A stretch of 64,000 bases of DNA from Lama guanicoe (lineage: Eukaryota), in contig MU054187.1 in NCBI GenBank assembly GCA_013239625.1, positions 9,755,231-9,819,230 of the forward strand, given 5' to 3'. Shown in pieces: positions 1 to 11,554 of this stretch. Position 1 is the first letter of the stretch, and each line of letters starts with the position of its first letter. Both the position numbers and the translations under genes were made by a program. The notes below the pieces were generated by a model. The model saw only the letters and a program-made list of their open reading frames with translations, ran no database searches and was not told the DNA's origin.

Positions 1-1894
1 CTATAATTTTATTTGCTTGAAAAAGAAAAGACCAGTTTTTAAAATTACAGCTAGGGAGAGAGGGGGCTTAAGGAAAACTGAAAATAATCATAGACTGATT
101 AATAAATTTTTAAGTACTTAATATGGGTATATGTCTTGTTTGGAAAATGGGGTGACTTTTTTTTTTTTTACTCCGTGAATCTCAAAAGATTTTGTCTTCA
201 AAACAGGTCTTATTTAAAAATATTTTGTTTTCTCCTTTTTTGAATCAGTCCCATATAACTGCCCATCAAAGCTTTGGTTAGCATGAAGTAACTAGTGTTA
301 CTTCAGTGTCATGTAATTTCAGACAAAAAACAGAGAATCTTGCTGTTACACGTAAACTGAATAGCCTCACTGTAGATGAGTATATAATTTTTTTAGGCTT
401 TTTGAGATTTCAAAAATAGCTTTTTCTTCCTGGATTGGCTGGAGCCTGGGGACATCCAGCCAGCTTAGTTTTGGAGATAAATATTATAAATAACAGAGAA
501 AACAAAATAAGATAGTCTTGCTAAGTACCACATTGAACGGTACAGATTCTAAACATCATAGCATTTTTATTGCATAGAGAGGTCCCTGAGCTGAGCTATA
601 GTAGTCCAGACAGGTAGCCAGGACTGAGAAGAGGTATTCTGAATGGGGAAGCAGTGGCTTTAAGTGTTCAGTGACAGGAATGTTGGCTGTATGTTGTGGT
701 TACTGTACAGTGAGAAGATATCTGTCAGATAAATGTGTACCCAGAGAGTAGATGGAAATTAGGTAGAAAAAGTAGGTGAGAGTCAGATCCAAGATCCTGA
801 GTTCTTTGCGTTTGTACTTTACACGGAAGTGACAGTGAAAATGAGAAGGGTCACTGAAGAGACTGTAACGGAGAAAGCCAAGGACCTAGTGACTAAATGT
901 GAGGATTGAGAGGGAAGAAGAGTCAAAAGTTTTGAGCTAGGATAAGAGAGTTTTATTATTACAAATAGAGAAGTTAGAAAGGAGAGCTTGAATGAAATGA
1001 TGCCAGAGATCCCTGAGGCTTTTTCCATAAATTCCCAGTTTCTCTGTGTGGCTCCTGACTGGACAGCGCTTTCCTTCCCTGTAGCCCTTCTCTTTTCATT
1101 GTTGAGCCCAGCAGGGTGAAAAGGGGCATTTAGAGATCATGAGGTCACCGGGCCCAATCTCTCTATTTTACAGATAAGGAAATTGAGGACTTCAGATATT
1201 GTGACTTCCCTCCAGGCCACGTAGCTCTGCTGGCCTCTTGGCACTATTTTCCGAAATTCTTCTAGCAAAGTTTACTATATATCAATATTGCTTGTTGGCA
1301 AAGTGAGCCTTGTTTCCCCACCATAATTCAATTATTTATTAACTTGATTCCTCAAATCGTTTTTCACCCTCCAAAAATCAAATAAATTAATAGTTAACCT
1401 AATTCCTTTCTATTAGTCTGATTTTCTCCCGTTTATCCATATATGCAGTCGCAAACCTACCTAAGCAGTACACTGTGGGCATTAATGCCAAATTTGGGTC
1501 TGCTGTTTTGAAAAGCTGTTTGAGAGGAGCTGTTTGAAAGGATACGGAATGATTAACATTTATTTAAGCCTGGAATGAGGATTCTTACTGGGAGTCCTTC
1601 TCCACAGTTTTTAAAAGAACGAGGCTGTGTGATGGAGATCAATAAAGGAACTGCTTCCTTTTTTTGCCCCTCTAAACCCATTCCCTGATTTCTCACCCAC
1701 GGAACCCTGCTATCCTGCCTGAACAGAATGAGATTAACCATTGCCCTAAATAAGTGAACTCTGTTGTTTTAAGACGTCTCGCCCAGCCCTACACCATAGC
1801 TGGAACCTGAGGAGAGTACCTTCTCTTTCCCTTCCCAAGCCTCTCTCCTCATCTTACCCCAGGGCTGTCTCTCCTATACCCCTTTCTCCTGCTG

Positions 1895-2450
1895 GAGTCC
1901 CGCGCCCTCCCTCGGGTCACATTCCCCCCAGGCCTGATTGCAACCTGCCTACAGCTTCTCTCTCGGCTGCACCGCCCACGAGAGTGCCGGGTTGGGGGCA
2001 GATCAGAGGCCCCGCCTTCATGTGGGCGGGACCAGCGGTCGAGACGGCGCCGTCGATTGGTGGGGGTGGGGCCTGTCGCGGGGGGCGGGAGACGCGGCGT
2101 GGAGCCCGGTGGAGTGTGGCGCAGCAGTGGCGGCGTTCCCGCTAGCCGCACGCGGGGCGTGGGTCCGCGAAGGTGAGTGTGGGAAGGGTTCCCGGCGCCG
2201 CGTGGCCAGGTGGAGGGACCCTCTCGGGCGTGCCCGAGGCAGGTGAGGTCTGGCCGGTGCCACTTCCGCGCGGAGTAGGAGCGCAGGGCACGGGCGGGCG
2301 GCCCCGTGGCGTGAACCCCCGGAGGGAGGCAGACAGCGAGTCGGGCTCCAGCTTGGCAGCGCTTGCTCATGGCATTAACTCCGGGCCACGAAACCTTGGC
2401 GTTGCTCCTCACATCCCCTCCCCAATCTCGAGAGACCTCAGGTACTGTAG
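1895..2450 (+). promoter_or_regulatory. SGK3: CpG island promoter of SGK3 with GC boxes, inverted CCAAT (ATTGG 2056-2060) and ETS-like CACTTCCG (~2261)
   Basis: Sharp rise in GC and CpG content in an AT-rich background. Several GGGCGG/CCGCCC motifs. Followed by a consensus donor AAG|GTGAGT at 2172/2173. Confidence 0.85.
2100..2172 (+). other. SGK3: Probable non-coding first exon of SGK3 (start approximate)
   Basis: Ends at consensus donor AAG|GTGAGT inside the CpG island and contains no ATG. The TSS cannot be determined from sequence. Confidence 0.6.
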
Positions 2451-2639
2451 AGATGTTTATATTCTTTAAAATGCATTTCTAGTTGTTGGTTCAGGACTGG
2501 AGGAGAAGCTCAGTGAACTTACGGGGCAGCTTTATTTTGACTTCATGTTACTCAGTTTGCAGGAACAGTGCTACTCAGTTTGCAGGAGCAGTGTGACTTG
2601 TAATGGGATTGTTATTTAAACAAGGACACCAGAGTTTAC

Positions 2640-2870
2640 ACAGGCAATGTATTGTGGAGATTAAGCGAGCAGGCTTTGAGGCGAAAATGCTTGGGTTTTA
2701 ATCTTCTTATTAATTGTGAAAACTTGGGCGATTTGATTAATTTCTCTATGCCTTTGTTTCTGCATATGTAAAATGGAATGAATAATAGTAGATCCACACT
2801 TACAGTATATATATGAGAATTAAATGAGTTACTACTTAGTGCCTGGAGCATAGTCCACAGTAACTTTGGC
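2640..2870 (+). mobile_element. MIR SINE
   Basis: MIR core CTTGGGCGATTTGATTAATTTCTCTATGCCTTTGTTTC...TGTAAAATGGAATGAATAATAGTA. Confidence 0.7.
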
Positions 2871-5800
2871 TGTTTTCTTTATTATGCAGTTAGATGGGCC
2901 TTAATTTTCAGAGTTGCAGAAAGATAAACGTTTCTGCAGAGGTGTTGGTTTGGGGATTGGGATTTCTTTGAAACAACTGTCAAAGACTGAATCCCACTGG
3001 AAAAAGTCTCATTACTTTTCTGTCTCCTACTAGCGATGTGATCATCTACCTTGTTCCAAATCAAAGCCATTCTCAAATGATACTGAAACCTCAGAGTCTT
3101 GAAGGTTGTTCTAAAAGAGGGATGAAGAAGGGCAGCACTTTTCTAGTGAGTGCAGAGTAGCCTCATTTTAGACAACAGCTCTGGTAGGTTTGTTGAAGAG
3201 AAGTTCATATCACTTTATAGAGAACTTACAAGTTGTGCTGTTTTGGGCGGGTACTTATTTGTAATGTTATTGCAAAATGACTTAAGCTAGGGTACCCAAA
3301 TACATAAATAAACTAAACATCATAGAAACTCTAACTTGCCACATAGAACCTCAGAATTGAAAGGAATCTGAAAGGTATCAGACCAGCTGCCCTTAACAGG
3401 TAAGAATGAGGCCCAAAGACCCAGAATGAATTAATGGCAGGATTTAGATTAGAATTCAGCTCTGCTGAGCAACAAATTATAAAATCGAAAGATGATATTA
3501 CTTCTAGTGTGGATACTAGTACTATTTTTATTTTTCACAGTTTTATGGTGCTGTGAATGGCTTTTCTCTCAGCAACATCCTGCTTGGTAGCTTAATTGCA
3601 TGATTCATAATCATTCTTCAGCACCTTTGATTTAAATCACAAGTCTCAAAGTTGCTACATCAGTGATTGCTTTGAGAACAAGATGATTGTCTTCTTAAGC
3701 TTCGTACAAACATGTTCTAACAGTGCTTTGGTTTTGTTGTTTCATGCAGTCCTTTTCTCTCATGTAGGCAATGTAAACAGCCAATATAAACAAATTGACC
3801 TAGGCTGTTTGTTACCATTGTGTTACTGGTGAAGTTTTCTTGATTGGGTGAGATAGTCAACAAGTACTAGCCCAAGGAAATAGGACGGGGTCACCGTCTT
3901 GTAAGACATAGGCTGCAGTTGCTGCTAACTTCAGAAGCATCATGGAGTGAAATTATTTGGAGATTTTGGTCTGATAGTTGCTGACTTTTCCCTGGCTCCT
4001 TGCAGAGTTCACTTCCTCACTTCTAGGTATTTGTTCAGATGTTACTATCTTAGTCAGACCCTCCTATTTAAAATTCCATACAACCTGACTCTTTCTGTAA
4101 TATATATTTATCTATTTACTTACTTGTCTATTATCTGTGTCTGCCACTAGAGGATAAGTTCCATGAGGGCAGGGGGTGCTTGCCAGTTGTGATCACTGCT
4201 GTGTCTTAAGTGCCTGGAAACCGTGCCTGGCATCAGGGAGTGTCATGTGTGGACCTGATGCGGACACTTCCAACTGGGGCTAGTAATTACTTAAGCCAGT
4301 TCACAATTCATTTTGCTCTGCTCTCTCCTCTCCTCCCTCTTCTAGTTATTTCTCCTGTTACCCAGGAGTAAAACCCTGAGGCACTGTTGATTCCTCCTTC
4401 TACCTGGCACTCTGCATGCAAATAGCTACTGACTTATTTCTCCTGTCAGATTTTTGCAAGCCTGCCATTCCTATTGTTGCCGAGTCTCTATTTCTTCGAG
4501 CCCTCCTCCATTTCATTTCGTCCTCCACACCTACAGCGCTTCCAGTTCCCTTTTTTAAATGCCTTCACATCCTCTTCTGCAGAGTGAAATACAGAGCAAG
4601 AAGCCTGGCATTCAGAGTCCTCTGCAACAAAATCTCAAATCCACTTTTCCAGCTTCTGTCTCCTGTATATAAGAAAAGTAATTTCCAACTCATGCTTGTA
4701 AATATGAAGATAAAATAGGGCTTTAATGGTAATGCCTTATAAAATCCCAAGGTGAGTGTTGCTTCATTGACAGTTTCTGTTTCTGTTTCTATCAGTGAGT
4801 CTTTTCCCCTAAGTGGGCAGGAAGTCGGACAAATTGGACTAATGCATGTCCCCTGTTTGTACTGAGGACTTGTTGCTGCCCTTTTTGTTTTGAGTGCCCA
4901 GCCTTCAAAACCTCTCTCACATGTCATCATTACCCCCAGATAAGTTGAGATCAGACTGGTTTTCCCTTCCTCTGAATTCTAGTGACTTTTCATGCCTTTA
5001 AAGAATTTATCACTATCTATTTTGATTTGTAGTTCTTTGGGCATTTGTCTTTTTTTTTTTTTTGCTGCATATAAGCTCCCAGAGGACAAGAAGCATGCAC
5101 ATACAAATTCCAGTTACTTTTTTAAGGAAAAATAAGATACATACCTACTTATCTGTTTTTTTTTTAATAAAAGTGAACTCAAATTTCTCTTTAAGAGGTC
5201 TTTAAATCATTAAATATTGAGCCTCAACCATCATTTCTACAATATGGACACTTCTGGAAGAAGGCAGGGGGAAATTCAGTACTGAATTAAAAGATTCTAG
5301 TGTAGATATCAGGGTCTGGATTTTTAGAAGGGAGTTGGTGTAGGGAGAGCAACATAGCCAATACCCACGTGGATGGACAGGCAGAAGTTGACCAGAAAAA
5401 TACACAAACTTGCTCAGAAAACCGTCAGGACAAGACAGACTCTACAGGGCACATCTGCTGCTTTGGGTTTTCTTGTGGGGAGTTTTTCCTGAGCTTTATT
5501 TTGTTTTTGCATCTCTAGGCACAGAGAAGCACTGTCTCCCTGCTTTGTTTTCTGAGCTGGGTAGGACTGAACTTTCTCTTCCTCCTCTTCATCTGCGGAA
5601 AGTAGTTTACCATCGTTCCTTCATTGTTTAATAAAATGTTCATACCTCTTTTGTCGTTTATTTTCTGGGTATATGGAGAAGATATATGCCAGAAACTGAG
5701 TTCTTTAGAGAAAGATGATAGATATATGATACTTGAATTTGTCTGTTGTTGAACCTTTCAGTTTTATTGTCTTGTATCAGCATTTGGTTTAATATGTTTT

Positions 5801-6744
5801 GCTTCATTTTATTATAAACATACCGTTGAACATACCCCAATTGACTGAACGCTTTTATTTTTCTTGTGGCTTTTTTGAATAGATTAAAACTTGTTCTCAC
5901 AACTTGTGTAGACATTTCTGCAGTTTAATTCTCTCTTTCCTTCCCTCTTGCCTCCCAAACCTCAGCTGGGGTTTTCCCTTTCTAGGGCACCCATTAGCCT
6001 AACTTATTTTCTTACAAGTTTCATCTAAATTTATTTTTTCTTTCCTGGGATGAAGCTGCAGTTTCTATTGACAGGGAAGAGTTGGCAGGGAAAAAAAATA
6101 TGTGTATATTTATATCATATGTCCTAATTTTTGAAATGTTAAAACTTTAAGGCAAAATTTTGCCTATTATCTTTACTAACAGAGCTCATGTAAGGTCAGG
6201 ATTTAAAGCTAACATACTTCAGCTTATATTTAAGTTGTACTCTACATTTGTAATTGGTTGTAAGTTTTGTCCTTTGGGGAATTTCTTCTAACATGCTAAG
6301 CAGTGTAGTTCTACTGTCAGAAGAGGAATCTTGAAAACAAATATTTGCTTTGAAGTAGAGTTAGTTTCCTTTATCATACTGTATACGCATCTGTGTTTAC
6401 CTTGAGTTCTTGCTTGTAAAACACCTTATTTAAGGGTGTCATCAGATAGGATCATTCATGCAAATAATAAAGTTGGGGCATAGACTAATTACATCTCTGC
6501 AGTACATGGTAAGCACTTTGTAAGTATCTGTCAAGTACATAAATCTTTATTTTTAGGGAGAATTTTATTAAGATACTATAGCATATTCGTATGTATACTA
6601 GCAGGACTGATCTGGTAAAGAGGGAGAAGTGATTCTGGAGATGGATGAAGGAATGATGAGGCAGTGGCTGCTTTGAAGATCTCACTTGCGTTCTTTGGCA
6701 GTTGGAATTTCTAAGCATCTCTTTCCACCTGTTTGTTGAAAGAA

Positions 6745-7390
6745 TAAATTGAATAAACAAATGTATATTGAGACTTACTAAGTGCCTGGCAGTAAAGAAG
6801 TCACAGTTTCTACCCTACAATCAGGGAGGTTTTCAATAAACAAGCCACTGCAACCTTAAATGGTAGTAAATGCCAAAGTGGAAAAACTAGGATGACGACA
6901 GAAGACCAATTTGGGGAAGGGTCCCTTTAGTTAGGGTGGTCAGGAAGGTTGTTGGAGGAAGTGGCCTTTGAACCAAGGCCTCAGTGTGAAAGGGCTGAGG
7001 GGAAAGCATTCCATCCAGGCAGAGAGGACACGGGGACAAGAGACTGGAGCTGGGAAAGTGCCCAGTGAATGTGAGAATTGGGAAAGGGCTGTTTGAACTG
7101 GAGTCTAGTCACTAAAGGGGCGAGGGGCCCTGGTGGGGTGCAGCTGGTGAGGTAGGAAAGGTAAGAGGTTAGGCCACGTGGGTGCTTGCAGGCTGTTGGC
7201 AGTAATTCAGAGTTTGGATTTTATTCTAAGGGCATTGGGAAGCGATGGAAAGAGCTTAAGCAGAGGAGTGAAATTGTCAGATTTACAGTGGTTAAAAAAT
7301 TTCTGTCTGCGGGTGGAAGAATGGATTGGAAGAGGGTTAGAATGGAGCAGAGATACTAGGTTGGAGATTCCCCCAGGAGACTATGACATG
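6745..7390 (-). mobile_element. L2 LINE 3' fragment
   Basis: Starts with the reverse of the L2 tail (AATAAACAAATGTATATTGAG...AGTGCCTGGCA); purine-rich L2 body with TTTGGATTTTATTCTAAGGGCATTGGGAAGC. Confidence 0.7.
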
Positions 7391-9897
7391 TGATGGTAAT
7401 TGCTGTCTCTGTAGGGGTTTGGGGATAGGGTTTTGTTCGGGGGTTGTGTTCTTATTTGGGGGGCCGGGAGTGTGCCTCCCAACCTCCCTGCTGGAACCAG
7501 CTTTTACCCTTGGCTTTTTAGGCCCTGCAGCATTTTTCCACTGCTGATCCCATGTGAATCCCACCTTCACTTTTCTCTTGCCTCATGTCACCATCCATCC
7601 ACCATTTCTCTGCTGCTGATCACAGTCCCCCAGCAACCATCCTTGGAAGTGTTCTGTGTGGGAGTGTGCCTCCCAAGTGGAAAAGCCTAGGAAAACTGGA
7701 AATAGGGCAGGGGTTCTGGCGATGGGGACCCCAAGGTGGTGACCTTGTGAGGCCGAGAAGGAAGAGCAGAGTCTTGCTGCTGCAGATAGTACCCCTGCCC
7801 TCTTAGTTCTGGAACCAACAGTGGAACATGTTAGTTGAGGTAAGTTTAAGGCCTTCCTCCTTCTCCTGGCAGTTTTGATTTTAGTATTGGAGAACAAAGG
7901 ACAGTCTGCAGTTACTTCCACATCTTCACCCAGCCTCTTCCTTAAATGTTTTTAATAAAATGCAACCAGTTTCAGAAAACCAGCAGACTCATGTAACTGT
8001 TGTCCAGGTTCTGGAACACTCCTATCAAATTGTTGGGTGCAGACTATTCTATATTGCGTCCCAACATTGGATATTTTGCACACATTTATTTCTGATTCTT
8101 ATATCACTTTATAAAGAATCAGGATAAATGGATGGTGTCTCAAGAGCTATGATAAATCTAGGAAAAAACTAGGACTGCTTTATGGTTACAGAATGAGAGA
8201 GAAGTCGGGGCATGGGAGGATGGGAATGAGAGGAAGGATATACTAGTAAGGAAGGAAAACAGGAAAAGTTGTAATTGGTTCATCATGTGTTACTTGCAGG
8301 GAAGTTACTACATATCTTCCATTGGCAGATCCTGTTAGATTTTTCGTCTTTTCTGCAATGAACTTAATTTACAGATGTGACAGAGATGTGCTTTGTTTCT
8401 GTTGAAACACATCTTGGATGTGTTTGGAGCTAGCACTGTGAGGCGGAAATAACAGATACAGATAATGTTCTTTTCCAGTAAACGTTCAGTAAATTAACCA
8501 GTTAGCTTGGGGTAAGAATAGTCTAGGAAGATGCCTTTAATGTAGTTTATAATAAAACCTACCCACTTGGCTTGTGCCCTTCTCGGGAATAATTCCTGCC
8601 CCCACCCTCCACCCCTAGTTTTTGCCCTTGTTCTCTTGGTCAGCCCCCAGTTCCCAGACCAGTTCCCACACCAGTCCCCCTGCCATGCCCAAGGTCTGTG
8701 CACGGATTTTCATTTGTCTCTTCCTTGACTCTCCGTCACCTCCCTCCTTTGGACCCTTTTTTCTAAACACACAGCATCCAGTCCTGTCCCCTTGGCTGAA
8801 GAAAACCTATAGCTCTTCCAGACCTCCTCCTTCTTGGAGCAGGATTGTTCTTAATTTCCCTGTGTGCTTTAGTGTGAATCACTGACCCCTCTGTGCTCTA
8901 ATAGTTGAGTGGATACTGACAGTTATGAGTGTATCTACCTTGTAATTTGGGTAGGGTTCACTAGTCAATCCCAAACAGTCTTCATGATGGTGAAGGAAAT
9001 GGAGTTAAGAACCTCTCTGCTTATATTTTAGAGGTAAAAGCAGAAGAATCTTTTGATTTTCTTATAAACATTTTAATTTATTTTTTGGCTGTCTGAAACA
9101 AAGATGGACAAGATCCAGGACAGTAATTGCATACAGTGGACAAAAGTGGGCACCGTGATAAAGGGAAAAATGCTTTTTAAGGGGAAAAAAAAAGCCTTAA
9201 CTAATATCCATCTATTTTAAGCAATGTTTATCAAAAATGTTTAATATGGCATGAATTTGGACAGTTTTCTATCATGGAGCTTTATCCATATTTCTCCTTT
9301 TTCCAGGCCCCAAATTAAACAAATTAAACAAAAAATCTATTAATGTTTTTAAGAAGCATATCCTGTGAAGGCTTTCCTTTCTGTGTTCTTTTTATTTCAT
9401 AATTTAGCCCCTGATGGTCCTAGTGCTGGGACCAACACTCCAAGTCCACTCTGTACCAAGCTCTGTTAGATGTTGACGTGTGATGCTTTCAGCAGATGGG
9501 CCACTCCTGACACAGTGCTGCACAGACCTGACCCCTCCTGGTGGCAGAGGTGAAAGCTGCTTTTCCTGAACATGGCTCTCTTTCTGTAACCCGATTGCTA
9601 ATGGACACGAGGGACTCCCTTGTCTCTGGCTTTTGTTTCTCCAGAGGTGATTTAGGAGAAGGGGGTGTATGCAGCCAGGACCATAGGAAATTGAGAGGTG
9701 GTGTGTGCACACCAGACTGCATACACATCACAGTGCTACCACCTGAAGCTGTGTGAGGATGTGGACCTGGTAGCCTAGGTTTCTTCATCTGTAAAGTGGG
9801 AATAATGACACTTAATTCTTGGGTTGCTGTAAGGACTAAGTGATGGGTTAGATGTGAGTGCTTAGAACAGTGCGTGGCGTTAGTACTCAATAAATAT

Positions 9898-10080
9898 TAG
9901 TTTCTCAGCCTCAACAGAATTGCCATTTGGGGCCAGATAATTGTCTGTTGTAGGGGCTGACCTGTGCATTGTCGGATGCTTAGCATCATTCTTGACATGT
10001 AGCCACTAGCTACCCCTCAAGATGTGACAACCAAAAGTGTCTCCAGGTATTGCCAAATGTTCCCTGTTGAGAACTACTAT
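9898..10080. mobile_element. MER20-like hAT-Charlie non-autonomous DNA transposon
   Basis: Diagnostic motifs TTTGGGGCCAGATAATT...CCTGTGCATTGT...GTGACAACCAAAAGTGTCTCCAG...TTGCCAAATGT...GTTGAGAAC. Confidence 0.75.
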
Positions 10081-11554
10081 GTAATAAATATAATATTTAC
10101 TTACTGTTATATTATTATTTTTGCAAAGCATTGTTACTCCTAAGATCTGGCTGGCTTCTGAAAGTTCTGTTCTCATCTGACACAGTTCTTTTTGTTTTGT
10201 TGGACTTGTCTGAGTTAATTCACTAGCTGGGTGTTAAGGTTAGTTCTTTCGTTCTGTGTTAGTATCTGAACTCAGTCTCCTTAGAACCATGTGACCTACC
10301 CCTAGGCAAGCCAGCTACTTCTGGGAACCAATCTTCCAGGCTATCTTGTGACTCTTCTAGCAGAGTGAAGGCAGATTCTGTTCCTGTTCCTCTTTGAAAA
10401 GCCCTCCATACCTCTGAACCACCCCAAAAGTTCCAACTTTTATCCCCACGTGAACACATAGCTTTTTGTTCTGTTCTTTCTTAGTGTGGGATTCTTCTGT
10501 CAGTCCTCTTCTCATTCTGTTTTATTAGGCTGCCCCGCCATTGGATGATTTTGCAGAATTTTAATTGCTTCAGTTTTACAGAATAAATATACATTAAATT
10601 TACAGTAATAGCAGGGTTGCTTTTTCATAACTTTACTTCTAACCAGTTAAAAACAAGTCTATAAACCTTCTTCATTGCTTCCCAGAGGACTCTTTAGAGC
10701 ATATATATGTTGCAGGGGCATCGTGATATAATGGATCAGGTCCTAAAGTGAGACCACTCCTGGTCCAAATCCTGACTCCACCGCCTGGAGCTGGTTACTT
10801 CATCTTTTTACACTTCTGTTTCTCCTTGGTTTCCTTTCAGTGGGGCTTTTGTGAGGAGCAATCAGATTAACACATGTAAAGTACAGTCTAGCTTATTATC
10901 TTGCTTATTAGTCACTAAATATTAAATATTGTTAGGTTGCCAGTTTGAATTAGCTTGAAGGAAAAGAAAATCTTAAGGAGAGACAGTGTGGTATAGCAAA
11001 CAAGTACATAGAGATTTTGGAGTCGAATAGATTTGAATTTGAATCCTAGCTCTGTTGCTTATTTGCCGGATATGGGCTTGGGCAAGTGATTTACTCTTTC
11101 TACGTTTGTCTTCACAGCAACATACTCACTTCCAACCAATGATTCTAGCTTCTTTTTCCAGAGAAAACTGAGGCAAGCAAGTGTGATCTCTTTCTAACGT
11201 CTGAGCCCATAACTGCCTGGCTTTATTTTTAGTGAGGCTGAGAATACATGACAGTCTGTGTCCCTTTTCTGTGCTCTCTGAGTGTACCATGAAATTTCTA
11301 TATTACTTATCATTCTGCCCCATTAGGTAAGTTCCCTGCAGGTAGCATTTTCTCTTTGTCTTTCTTTTGCTTAATGCATAATGAAAGCTTAACTGTTTGT
11401 TGAATGAAGGATAAAAACTAATTTGAAACAGATTGTTACATGTTAGATCCAGTTTATTGACTACTTATACAGTGCTCAGTCTTTCACATATACCTCGAAT
11501 CCTTAAAGCAACCATATGAAGTAGGTGTCGCTAGCTTTGTTTTCTAGCTTTCTT

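Noticed and set aside
1849..2469. Overlapping ORFs of 81-187 aa on both strands
   Set aside because: Pro/Arg/Gly-rich frames that stay open because of CpG-island composition; no recognisable domain.
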